From Callorhinchus milii (taxonomy: Eukaryota): DNA of 64,000 nt. Made by a program: the position numbers and the translations under genes. The stretch covers positions 77,192,001 through 77,256,000 of the forward strand of contig NW_024704742.1 of NCBI RefSeq assembly GCF_018977255.1, read 5' to 3'. This document shows positions 1 through 11,990 of the stretch, piece after piece (positions within the stretch are counted from its first letter, which is position 1; every line of letters starts with the position of its first letter). A model generated the notes under the pieces. That model saw only the letters and a program-made list of their open reading frames with translations. It ran no database searches and was not told the DNA's origin.

Positions 1-19
1 GATGATTTGACCCTTCTTT

Positions 20-190
20 GCCTGTCCTCTCCTGAGGATGCTGACGCACGCAGGGATATGTTTCCACAGATGCCGGCACCCTTCTGGTAACTCATTCAAA
101 TGGTCATTCTTCATGCGTGAGCCTGGGCAAAGAGTATCAGCAGGCATCTACACTACGAGGCCTCACAGCCAAGTTAATCCTGGTCTCACC
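20..190 (-). mobile_element. Ancient SINE fragment (AmnSINE2-like, 3' half)
   Basis: Reverse strand reads ...ggctcacgcatgaagaatgaccatttg...cagcatcctcaggagagga, resembling my recollection of AmnSINE2-type SINEs; a 40-bp piece recurs at 4366-4404. Confidence 0.55.
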
Positions 191-280
191 TGGGGCTGAA
201 ATTTCTTTCTGCTATTTGGTCCAATTTTAGAATTTTGAAGGACGATTTCACAACAAGCACAAGGAAGTTTCTCTTTACCT

Positions 281-1897
281 ACAACAACAACAGCAACAAC
301 AAGATTTCATTTATAAAGCGCCTTTCACGTCAGGAGGACGTCCCAAGGCGCTGCACAGTTGGGTCATGACCCGAGCAGGGGGGAAATGGTCAGGGTGAGG
401 GGAGGGAAGGGAGGGAGCGAGGAGGGGGAAATGGTCAGGGTGAGGGAAGGGAGGGAGCGAGGAGGGGGAAGAGAGTCGAGAGGGGAGCTGAAGGCTCGGT
501 CAAAGAGAAAGGTTTTGAGACCGGCCTTGAAGGAGGAAAGGGAGGAGGCGGCGAAGGCACTGGGGGATAGAGTTCCAGAGCCTCGGGGCTGAGAGGCTGA
601 AGGCCCGACCACCGATGGTAGGGCGGTTGGGGCGGGGGACGTGGAGCAGACCGGAGCCAGAGGAACGGAGGGTACGGGCAGGTAGGTAGGGGATAGTAGG
701 TTGGAGAGGTAGGAGGGAGCAAGGCCGTGAATGGCCTTGTAGGTGAGGATGAGGATCTTGAAATCAATCCTCTGGGGGATGGGGAGCCAGTGGAGGCGAG
801 CGAGGGTGGGAGTGATGTGGTCCCGAAGCCTGGTGCGGGACAGTACACGAGCTGCAGAGTTCTGAATGACCTGCAGCTTGTGGAGGGAGGTGGCGGGAAG
901 GCCGGCGAGGAGAGAGTTCCCATAGTCCAGCCTTGAGGTGACAAAGGCGTGAACCAGGGTTTCAGCAGCGTGAGGGGTGAGGTAATGCCGTAGTCTGGCG
1001 ATGTTCCGGAGGTGATGGAAGGCGGTGCCAGTTGTGGTGTGGATGTGAGGGAGAAAGGACAGCTCAGGGTCGAACAAAACGCCGAGGTTCCTGACTGGCT
1101 TTGAGAGGTGGAGAGTGCAGCCTTGGATGCTGATGGTGTCGGCGCCTGAGGTGCGGAGGCGCTGACGCGAACCAATCAGGAGGGCCTCGGTTTTTCGCAC
1201 GTTGAGCTGAAGAAAGTTGTCTCTCGTCCAGGACTCGATGTCGGACAGGCAGCTGTCAGGACATCGGTGGTCGTGGAGTTGAGAGTAGAGGAGGAAAGGT
1301 AGAGTTGGGTGTCATCCGCATACATGTGGAAGTTAACTCCATGTCTGCGGATGATGTCACCGAGGGGGAGCATATAGAGGGTGAAGAGGAGGGGACCGAG
1401 GACAGAGCCCTGAGGGACACCACATGAGACAGTACGGGGGGTGGAGGAGAAGCCATTCATCGAGACAAAGTGAAGACGGTGAGAAAGGTACGACCTAAAC
1501 CACTCAAGGACAGTGCCTTGAAGGTTGAGGTGGGAGGACAAGCGGTGGAGTAGGATAGCGTGGTCGACCGTATCGAATGCTGCTGATAGGTCGAGGAGGA
1601 CGAGGAGGCAGAGGGAGCCCTGGTCACAGATGGTCAGGATATCATTGGTGACCTTGACCAGGGCAGTTTCTGTGCTATGGGCAGCACGGAAACCTGACTG
1701 AAGGGGTTCGAAAAGTGAATGGGTGGAAAGGAAAGAGCGCAGTTGGGAGGCGACAACTCTTTCCAGGACCTTGGAGAGAAAGGGGAGGTTGGAGATGGGC
1801 CGGTAGCTTGATAGCTGCGACGCATCAAGGGAGGGTTTTTTCAGGGTGGGCGTAATGGTGGCAGTTTTTAAGGGAGGATAAGGGAGGACCCAGAGGA
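281..1897 (-). mobile_element. Young 5'-truncated L2 LINE, RT domain to (TTG)n tail, frameshifted
   Basis: ORFs 1176-2024 and 364-1200 carry RT motifs [39 protein letters not shown]; frameshift near 1250; (CAA)n at 281-300; duplicated ~45-bp 3'UTR block at 378-468. Confidence 0.95.
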
Positions 1898-1899
1898 TG

Positions 1900-2030
1900 T
1901 TTATGGATTGAAACCAGTTGCCAGGAAGGATGCTGTAGGCCAGGGCACTGGACTCATTTAAAATGTAGCTTGATGCTGTGATGGGAGAATGGCATTCTGG
2001 AAAGGATGAGATCAAATGGACCAACTTTGA
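1900..2030 (+). mobile_element. CR1 LINE 3' remnant
   Basis: Similar to the CR1 3' end at 51830-51960 (ccaggaa...ggactcatttaaa...ggcattctggaa...gatcaaatgg). Confidence 0.6.
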
Positions 2031-2239
2031 ACAAAAGTGTTGATGTTTTTAAAAGATGTTTGCATCCAGTGTGTTACTGAAAAATCGCTCTTTAGACAAT
2101 ACTTGAAAGATAATCTGTTAGTGATATGTTTACTTTTAATATGGCAAGGGATGTAAGTGCAAAGACATGGATAACAATTTAGCAGTACATTCGATATTTT
2201 GTAAGGAGGTTACCATTTTAAACAGTGTGTATAAAACTG

Positions 2240-2515
2240 TAATCCTTGTATTTGATATAGTGTCTTTCACATTAGGATTGTATATCAAGGCACACCATAG
2301 GATTTGCTGTAATGTGTAGTAAGTGTGTATTTTGTAGGTGAATGCGGAAACCAATTTGCAATGTCCCACAAACAGCAAATAATGATCAGTTTTATCTGGG
2401 AGATACTCACTTCTCTTTTCTAATAGTGTCATCAGATCTTAAATATTTATCAGAACAGGTAAATAGGACTTTGGTTAAACATCGCATCTGACAATCCAGC
2501 ACTTCCCCAACACTG
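2240..2515 (-). mobile_element. Deu-domain SINE (SacSINE1-like), degraded
   Basis: Reverse-strand tail (aatccttgtatttgatatag), body (aatgtcccacaaacagc) and Deu-core-like segment. Confidence 0.75.
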
Positions 2516-3200
2516 GGATATCCTTTTCTGGTATGTTTTTGCATTGAACAGTGTTACATAGAGCACAAACAGGCCATTTCACCCTAACTAGTCTGGGCTG
2601 ATGTTTATACTCCACATGAGCCTTAACTCAGGTGACCATTTTTGTAAACCAAATCTGGGGATATGTATATTGAAAAAATTTACTCAATACAATTGCTGAT
2701 GTTGACAGGACCGGAGAAGCTTGTGAGATTAATGGCTGTATTTCTCTGATGAGTGTATTTGTTTTAAAATTGTATTGTTCTTGCTCCCAATACTGTGCCC
2801 CGAAATTGGGGACCTATCTTAACCTCCCCTAATCCCCTATCCCACACCCATCTATTCTCTTTTTACTCGCATCGCTTTTTATTTTAACTGCACAATAATC
2901 ACTGGACAATTAACACAAAATTACATTATTGTTCAGGAAGGGCAAACCTTTGGTTTGAATCTAAAAATATGACCAATTTTGAGTTAGGCCAGAATATAAA
3001 GATCACTCCATTACTCTTACAGATCATAAACGTCACTCCTGATGTTTCACTTTTGACAGCTTTATAGCAGTGATCTAACTCATTGAACTTTAATGTAATA
3101 ACAAACACACCAAACCCAACTATTCTCAATTATTAAAGTGGGTTAAAGTCAATTTTTATCCACATGTTAAAAACCTTTTTTTTGAAAAAGGTTTGACCAT

Positions 3201-3996
3201 AGATGGTAAAATACAGGCCCTTTCCCTCCTTAGCAATAATTAAATGATAGGAGTAAATTAACTCCAGGATCTGTGGGCATCAGGAGTGCAGGCATACCGT
3301 TTCAGTCAAAAAAAAAGGAGAGAAAATTTGATGAAAATCAGGGTTTATTTTGGAATACCAAAACACAAGATATCAATCTTACAGTGATAACCATCAAATT
3401 TACCACAGATATGACCTCAGTGTCTCCCAGCTCATATTACTTTAGCATGCCCTGTCCTTAAAGCTGAGGCCATGAGAGATTTTGGCTTCCTCTGATTTGA
3501 AGCAGTTACCAAGTCAATTCCCCTCGTATTAAAAAAAATGGTTGACAGCAAGAAGACTGAACCAGTAAATGGAGAGAGAAAATATTAGTATGCAAAAGAG
3601 GATTAGGCAAATTGCAACATAGGCTGTGAGCATAACCAGGTAATTGAGAGAATCATAGTATATAAAAGCAGTGCAGAAGAGTCAGGTATGGCTCGTGTAA
3701 TCTCTCCCACAGATATATCATACTCACCTCAGCTTGTACACTTAGTGCGATTATCCTCATTTGCATAATAGGACTGTCTTAATCATTTGTTTACAGTAAC
3801 AGCTTGTGTGCTGGTTACTTTAATCTATTTTAAGTACCTGTTTATGGTCATAAATTATGGGCTGTCAGTTATTAATCCCACTTTCCACTAAGACAGTTAA
3901 AATGCCTGCACTCCTGATGCCCACAGATCATGGAATTAATTTACTCCTATTGTTTAATTATTGCTATGGAGGGGAAGGGCTTGTATTTTACCATCT
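3201..3996. mobile_element. Unclassified ~800-bp element bounded by 95-bp inverted repeats (MITE-like)
   Basis: 3201-3295 is the reverse complement of 3902-3996 with 7 mismatches by my count; no coding capacity; no clear TSD. Confidence 0.7.
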
Positions 3997-5194
3997 GAAC
4001 CCAAGTGACCCTGCTCCTGTCTTGTACTGAATTTCCTAATAGAAAACACAAATACTGGGATTGGTTTTGTGCTCATCAAACGCTTTCCCTGCCTATAAAT
4101 CCCACTTTACAACCTCTCTCTTCAACTTCGCCTCACCCTTGCTCAACATCCAACTCCACTACTGTGCAACACTCTAAGACACTAACCTGCGTGAAGTGCA
4201 CTACATGAAATACAAATTGTTGATCAAAATAAGGGGTGCCAAGTGCAGATGAAGTGAAACATGTTCCTCTATTTTATTCCATCTGAGATTCAGCATTGTC
4301 AAATATAGCAAAAGACAGGGTGAAACTATTATTCCCTGATCCATTTGCCTCAGCTCCAAGCTGGCAGATGCCAGCACCCTTCTGGTAACTCACTCAAATG
4401 GTCAGAAGCAGAAGCACCCCGGTACTAAACCACTGTGATGTTTTCCATTTCTCAAACTGCCCATCCTTATTATCTGTCCAAGTGAGGCTTTGCTCTGAAT
4501 TTGTTTCGAGTAGGGAACTGGGTTGAGATTCGCCAAAGTTACTGTACTGAAACCTCTCCTAACTGTCAGTAAGAAGAGATTCCATCCTGTCAGTCTGGAT
4601 GTGAAACCCAAAATGAAAGAGTGTCTCACCCACTACAGCACCTTGTCTCCATCACAGAGTGAGAGAGGTAGAAAGATACACATTCATTCCATCAGTCTGG
4701 GCTGGATTAACTCCAGTGTCAGAGGTGTTGACTTGTTGTGGTGCCGCCCTTCTCCATCTGCACTCCCTGGTACCTGACAGCAGTGTACATATCTACTGTA
4801 TTAATACAAACACAAACCAACATGACTACATCCCAATTGCCTTTGGATTTCTAGGATTGGTCTAGAATTGATGTAAAGCAGATTCCACATGATAAACACG
4901 CTGTGTCCTGAGATCTTGGGATACACCCTGTCTCCTGCATTTGCAAGCTGTATGGTAGGGTACCTAAGAGCAGAATTCTTAGCCCCAGTGGCTGCTATGA
5001 TGCCTCATGTAATTGAAGCCCTTTGTTAAATATCTTCCAGATTCGCTTGATGATGTTTATTACAGAAGTGATGCATTTCCCTTTCCTTCCACCTCTGTTA
5101 TCTCCTTTAATTGTTGATTCTCTGTTGATGAAAGATAAAACCTCCCTCCTTTTCCTCTGAATTCCACTTTATATTCTTCAGGGAATGATAGCCT

Positions 5195-5628
5195 GACCAT
5201 GTTGGTAGCATTGTTGGTTCAAACTCCATCTTAGGTTTTGAGGTCATCCTGTAGCCCAGCTTTCCATTGCTGGAGGAGTGCTGCATTGTCAAAGGAACTT
5301 CAGATGAGATGGTAAACATATCCTCCTGTTCTGGTGGATGTTAAATATGCCATGGCACTGTTTGAACTATGAGATGCTACCCTGCATGAAGGGCACTAGA
5401 TAAATGCAAGTTGTTGTTGATCTGGAAAAGAGAAGTGAGTTTCTCCCTGTGTCCTGGCCAACATATAGAATTGGTCATTTACTTCATGGCATTTTGTGGA
5501 ACAATGCTGTGTACACATTGGCCATCATGTTTGCCTACACAATACTACACTGTACAGTAAATCCTGTGAAGTACTTTGAGACAGTTTGATTACAAGATAA
5601 GGTGCTGTATCAAATCCAAGGATTATTG
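5195..5628 (+). mobile_element. Deu-domain SINE, near full length
   Basis: Degenerate tRNA head (ggttcaaactcc), Deu core (gagtgctgcattgtc...gatgagatggtaaac...ggtggatgttaaa), L2-like tail. Confidence 0.8.
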
Positions 5629-6358
5629 TTCTTATACTGAATATTGAATATTTGAGCATAGCTTGGAGGAGCTGACAGTGTAACAACCTATAACTAGTTT
5701 AAGATTGTTTCTATGGAATACCCTTTCAAGTATCCACTTAAGAGGAGTCAGCTTGAAATACAGTATACCGAGGGGTGAAAATTGGCAAATTTTAAGACAT
5801 TGATTCCACCTGGATCTAGATTTCTTCCATTTATGTTCCATTTCAGAGCGACCAGAAATTTGGAAAATTGTTGAATTTAGTCTTAAATTTGAATTCAGTT
5901 TTCTGCACTTCTTAAAAGAAACATGGAAAACCAGCTTCAAAATGAAAGCTGTGGTTAAGAATTGGCCAAATTCTACATGCTTTAAAATGTTACATAAACA
6001 GGGAGAACCTAGAGGCAAGTGGAATTTTTCCCCGTGAATCTGGTAAAGACTTGTTTCTTTCACCCCTCCACTTCAAACACAATAGCTTTTAAAAGTATAT
6101 TTTATGTTTGATACTTTAATAGAATATTCAAAATCCAACCACTCTTCTGGCTAAACTCCAATCATTAGGGAACGAGAAATAATGAGGAGTGGAATTGACC
6201 TGTTTGGATGAATTGCTTAGCATTTGCAAAGGTCAGATTGCTTGCATTAAAGTGCCTTATTGTTCACTGGAAACTTGACTTTACATTTTAAAAAATACCA
6301 TCATTGTTTTTAAATTAACAGAATGGGTTCCATTGAGAAGTGGACATAGAGAAAAAAA

Positions 6359-6765
6359 TTATAATAAATAATCTTTGCATTTGATATAGTACCTTTCAGG
6401 TTGGGAAGATGTCTCAAACGCTAGACAAAATTTTAGTGCAAGTGTAGTAACTACTTTCTAGGTAAACACAGCAGTCAATGTTCCACAAACCGTCTGGAAG
6501 TGAATGGACAATTTTATCTGAGGGATTGTTGGCCAGGACCACAGGAGAAACTCCTTTTTCTTTTTTGATCAGTGCCATGGGATCTTTAACGTCCACCTGA
6601 ACAGGCAGACATGACCTCAGTTTAACATCCCATCTGATCTGTAAGCGAGCGGTTCTAATATTGTAGAATTCCCCAGGCACTATTCTGGAGTGACAGCACA
6701 GACCATGAGCTTAAAATCCTGGTGTGGGACTTTAACCCACAACCTTCTGACTCAGAGGTGAGTAT
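6359..6765 (-). mobile_element. Deu-domain SINE
   Basis: (TAA)n tail, gtgccatgggatctttaacgtccacctga core and cccacaaccttctgactcagagg head on the reverse strand. Confidence 0.85.
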
Positions 6766-7498
6766 CCTGATCGACATTTCCCCAGATAAATTTGATCATT
6801 CACTTTATAGCTGTTGGTTGGACATTGCTGTGTACAAATTGGCTCCCACATTCACCTACAAAACTACATTTCACAGTTAATCCTATGAAGTGCTTGGAGA
6901 CATCCTTCTGACATGAAGGCTCTAAAGATAAACTTGCAAAAGTTGTATCAATCTGGACTGTAACATATAATATGATTTACGTGAAATGCAAGTTATGGGA
7001 AAACTCGCACAAGTCATATCAGCCGACTTAATACGTTTTACGTTAGTTAGGTTTGTCTTTTATTACAGAATGATGGGTCAAGAACTTTCAACACAGCACT
7101 AAGTGCTTCATCAGTGCGCCAGGTGCGTATCTGGCGAAACTAGTTAGGAAATAATTTGCATAGGATTTAGGATTATTTGTGATTAAGAAACCATTATGAC
7201 TAAGTAATTTATTATTAAGTAATTTACTTGACTTGTAAAATATGACTATTGCTAAGAAATCTAAGAGGTTCTAGGTGGGAAAATGAAAGGGACTCTGGTG
7301 CATGTACGACTTAGACTACAATACGTTTATAATGAGATTCACATTTGTAATTTACGTGAGTTTACCAAATAGTTATCAAACATCAAATATTTATAAAATA
7401 TTTTATGTCATGTAGGCAAATGGGGGGTCGGGCAGGCAGGTGCCTGACACATGCAAAAACCCATCACTATGCTTAAGAGTATCCAAACCAAGATTTCC

Positions 7499-7660
7499 AT
7501 AATAATAACCCTTGCATTTGATATAGTGCCTTATGTCTTCGAGATGTCTCAAAGCACTTCACAGAATATACTGTACATTTTGTGGGCGAAACGCGGCAAC
7601 CAATTGCGCACAGCAGTGTCCCACAAACAGTTGTGGATTGAGTGACCAAATTCCTATTAT
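7499..7660 (-). mobile_element. SINE 3' half
   Basis: Matches the reverse complement of 18830-19010. Confidence 0.85.
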
Positions 7661-7679
7661 TATGACTTACATAGAGTAC

Positions 7680-8050
7680 AGGGCAAGAGCCAAGGCTTGG
7701 GGACCCCAGAGTGTGTTCTGGAGTCTAAGCAACTAAAGCCACATAGCTTGTCATTGAGAGCACTGTTTGGCAAGCCTTCCCACTGCTTGTCCAGCTAGCA
7801 CCACCCTACCCGTTAAGACTTTGACTTGTAGGGTTAACAGGAGCTGAGTGAGAAGAGTTTCTGCCCCTAGTGACTGAGCTACCCTTCCAAGTCCTGCCGA
7901 TGAGCCAGGCTGGCAGTGCTGTCATCAACAGTGCCCTGGAATACTGCAGCCTGCCTGGCTCAGGAACCGGACTACCTACCTCCACAGAGAGCCGGTTCGA
8001 TTCCGCCATTCTATTGCCAAGCATGTCACCTTGGAACCAGATCAGCTCTA
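7680..8050. repeat. Unclassified dispersed repeat, copy 1
   Basis: Aligns with 47620-47918 (same orientation), 42760-42945 (inverted) and 8881-8980 (inverted). Confidence 0.8.
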
Positions 8051-9254
8051 AGGAGACCCTCCCCCCACCAAAGGGGAATAGAAATACCACAAACTTAATC
8101 CTGGAGCTCCAGTAAAATGTGTCCACATTTAACTAACTGATTTGCCCAACTTTTGGCAAAGTTTTAAATATCATTCAGTCACGGATTAAATGTCCTGAGC
8201 TACAAATACAATTTACAAAATGTAGTTTTGAGCAAAAACTTGTTTAACCATATCATTTAGAGCAAGGCTTTCACCAACATGCTTTCACCAACATGGCTTG
8301 TGATAATATAGATGCTTAATCTTGTCAGTTCTCATCAAGTGGTGTAGTTTGTGCATCTCCTTTAAAATTCCCCCCACTCTCCCAGAGTCTGGGAGATGTG
8401 TTGACAACTATAGTCACCTCCTGCACCCACCTATCACCTGCTCTGTGTTACTCCAGAACTGCCTGCACACAGACCTTCTTGAAAATTACCTTTTATGAAC
8501 ATGAAGTTTAGTTGTACATAAATTGCTCATTCCACAGCTCATTCACAGACTCTGCTTCCATAACATGCAATTGACGTTCTTGATAAACCTCAATTTAATT
8601 CTTTGATCCACCAAATTGAATTCTTGGTACCACTAATTGGAATTGCTAAGGTAATTTAAATGCATGAAGTGGTCATTTTTGAAAGTGTGACCTCTTCAGC
8701 TGTGAGATTTGTGTGAAAGTTAACATTGCGATAAGAGAGAGGGAGGTCGTTTGTGACTTATGATTTGATAGTTATCACTGATGTGAGTCAATAAGACTTC
8801 TAACAATGTGCAGCGTTTGTAAGAGAAGTGTTTGACATTAATTAACTTTCTCCTTAATTGAAAGTAAATGGAGTTTCCACAGGCCTGAGCTGGTTCCAAG
8901 GTGATGCACTTGGCAATGAAATATCAGAATCAAGTCAATCCTCTGTGGTGGGCTGTTGAGCCAGGCGAGTCCACAATATTTAAAATACTGTACTGCCAGA
9001 AATACATATCAATGACTATTCAAGTGTTAGTTACAGGGAAGTGCTCTTCACCACAGTTTGCTCCTTGTCAAAAAAAATAGGTGAGAAGTGAGAGAAAGAT
9101 AGAGAGGGAGAGTGTGCCCAGATGAATGGGCCTAAGTGAACAATAGGTTTCTGAACATTTACTGATCTGGTTACTTATCAATTAGAATCAACCAATTTGT
9201 GAGATTAACTTCACAGTCCTGGCTGCTCCCATCGCTCAGCAAACATTGGCCTGT

Positions 9255-9475
9255 TTTAACCATCAGCAGGTGTGCTTTCATCCACTCTGACTCCACTCCC
9301 TGGAATTCCATTCTGCAGTCCCTCCAACTTGCTCATTCAAGGCATGTATCAAAGCGACCAACTTTGACTGCACTTTTGGTCGTCTCTCCCTTGATACCTA
9401 CCCCCAGCTTGGGTGCCAATCCAGCATTGTTGAGTGCTTTCAGATGTTGTTCTGACGTGAAAGACACTATACAGT
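9255..9475 (+). mobile_element. Old L2 3' remnant
   Basis: accatcagcaggtgtgctttca...ctccctggaattcc...gacgtgaaagacactata resembles the L2 3' ends elsewhere in the window. Confidence 0.65.
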
Positions 9476-9679
9476 AATCCTCACATAATTGAAACCATAC
9501 ATTTAATATGAATTATGCAAAGAATGAGTTACATCAAACTTGAATAGAATATAAACTCTTGAATGGGACTTGGGCAGATGTACAAAATAGGCAATTATAT
9601 GATTTTATAGCATATGAATTTTATATGACTTATGTAAGTTTAATGTATAAATGGGAAAGCTAGATAGTTACATGAGGAA

Positions 9680-9820
9680 AAAAGGAATAGAAGGTTATGC
9701 TTGAAGGCTTAGTTGAGGAAGGGCAGGAGGAGGCTCATGTGGAGCATAAACACCGGCATAGAGCAGTTGGGCCGAATGACCTGTTTCTGTGCTGGAAATT
9801 CTAAACTATTCTAATGTAAG
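9680..9820 (+). mobile_element. CR1 LINE 3' end
   Basis: ggaggaggctcatgtggagcataaacaccggcataga...ttgggccgaatgacctgtttctgtgctg is a CR1-type 3' terminus; related pieces at 2560-2625, 52960-53050 and 57265-57335. Confidence 0.75.
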
Positions 9821-10684
9821 TTGTAGTTTGTATTGATAGTTGATTGTACACTGGTTCATATTTGTATTCTATCTGAGTTGAAGTCAGGCAGGACAGCCAC
9901 AGCTAATTAAAAGCAGATATCTTTATAGCAAAGGGATATTTCTGTATGTGAATTGGAAACCGTATGAAAGCTTTTATAGAGAAAGAATTACAGGTGTCCT
10001 TTATTGTGTGATTGACAGCCAATGTGAAGAACCTTTGTTGGCTAAGCCATGTCTATGGTTGACTTCACAGTGACATGCTGAGAGTGAGCACCAGTGACTG
10101 ACTGAACTCTACCCTGGCATTACAGCTACTCATTCGCTGTTTGATCTTTACTTGACTCTGACCTAAATCTGACTTATTGCCATCAGAAATAACGTGCAAT
10201 TTATTGAATAATGTATCCCATACTCTTAATTTTCAATTTGTTAGGATGTACTGTGTAATATCTTGTTAAGATCTGTAGTTCGAAACTGAATGAGGCGATG
10301 TTATGTGTATAAGTAGATCCAAGCTGACCTGTGCTAGGAGTGAGGTTTTACAGGAATGGGGTTCTACACCATGTGCTGTGAACATGCAGTATGTGTGAGC
10401 CCATTACTAAACAGATGTTGATAAACAGAGATAAGCATTCTATTGTCCACACGTGGTTAAATTGCAAGTTAAGCTTTCAGGTCATTCATTTACTTTTAAT
10501 ATTAATGATGTTTTGTCATTGTGTGTTGAGGTTTTTCTTTATTCCTGTGGGGAGGGAGGGAGAGGAACACATGGTGAAATCTTGGTAGCAGTCAAAGCTA
10601 TAGAGCATTGTGAGCAGGGTATTATGGATTTTAGTCGATTGGCGGATCACTATCGGGGGGTATGAATTCCTCCAAAAAAAATGT

Positions 10685-10855
10685 GGTCACTCAATCCACC
10701 ACTGTTTGTGGGACAATCCTGTGTGCAATTGGCTGCTGCGTTTTGCCCACAAAATACACAGTCAATCTATTTTACAATATATTTTGTGAAGTGCTTTGAG
10801 ACGTCTCAACAACATGATAAGGTGCTATATCAAATGCACGGATTATTATTTATTA
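10685..10855 (+). mobile_element. SINE 3' half
   Basis: Matches 18835-19010, including the (TTA)n tail. Confidence 0.85.
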
Positions 10856-11884
10856 TGAGAGAATACCCTTCCTGACAAAATCTCTTGTGATGACATTTCA
10901 AACTCTCAGGAATCAACTTTCTGGTTTTAAATTCGCTCTTTTATAACGAATTCTACACTACATCTATCTTGTGGCACTGGAACAAACTTTTAGAATATTT
11001 TCCCCTAAACATTTAAGTTACTCTTCTCTCTCCTTGTACAGATCCCTGAAAGCTTGTGACAGCAACATTCTCCTCAGATTGGGTTAATGGAGATTTTGCA
11101 ATATTTTAGTTGCAAAGTGGATTTGTTGGGTTAAATTGAGATTTATGGCTCATGACGTCTGCTGGCTGGCCTTGCTCAGAGATTGCCAGCTTGGGATCCC
11201 CGATGTGCCCTTCAGACGTCTTGCCACAAATTTTATAACCTGATATTTGCAAATAGCACGTTTTAGTCTCCCACGTCTCTCTCTCTCTCTCTCGTGTTCC
11301 CTGGTCCTATCTCTTCTGTGCTCTTTCAGAAAACAAGACATTTTGGAAGTGTGCTCGAGCAGGGAGGGAGAGTGCTTGTGCAGCACTGTGCTGTGCTCCA
11401 TTCCTCAGGTGCACCATGCCAGGGTTAACCTCTGACACTGCCATCTACTGCCACTGGAATGTCATTGGCTGAACAAAGCTGCTTCTGCATCGCAACAGCT
11501 GCGCAGACAGAAGTTGCCAGAAAAAAAACATGTAAATTGCACATTGAGAATTGATGAGAGTGAAGTGATTAATTATATAAATCAAAATTCTCCCCAAACT
11601 TTTTTGATCTCTCTGTTTCTCGCCAATTTTCTCCCCTCCCTGATGCCATTTGACTCCCATTTCTATTCTGAGCCGTGTTTCCATAAACACCGGGTCCTGT
11701 ACCTGCTGTACTTTGCCCAAATGGTCATTATTTATGTGTGAGCTTTGACAGTAAGTGCCAGCAGACTCTTTGGCTGTGTGAGTGTGGTGTGTAGTGTGTG
11801 TGTGTGTTGGTATATATGTGGTGTGGGCAAGGGGGGGGGTTGGGAAAGAAGACCAGACCAGAACAGTCTGATCGCATTATCAGC

Positions 11885-11990
11885 TAACATCCACATATGA
11901 GCCTCCAGCAGGGGTCAGTGGATAGTGATCAGGAATCTGGGCTAGATTTCTCCTCCCTAACCCAGAGCAATGAGGACAACTGTCGGACCC
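11885..11990 (-). mobile_element. Ancient SINE (AmnSINE2-like) middle fragment
   Basis: ccagcaggggtcagtggatagtgatcagga...ctccctaacccagagcaatgagg is reverse-similar to 28540-28630. Confidence 0.55.

Noticed and set aside
364..2024. Long RT ORFs as a novel RT system or host gene
   Set aside because: Standard frameshifted, 5'-truncated L2 ORF2 with many homologous copies in the window.
3720..3770. Immunoglobulin-like octamer plus leader exon
   Set aside because: No hydrophobic leader, V exon or recombination signal nearby; it lies inside the inverted-repeat element.
5632..6063. 143-aa minus-strand ORF
   Set aside because: Non-ATG start, AT-rich, no recognisable domain or exon structure.
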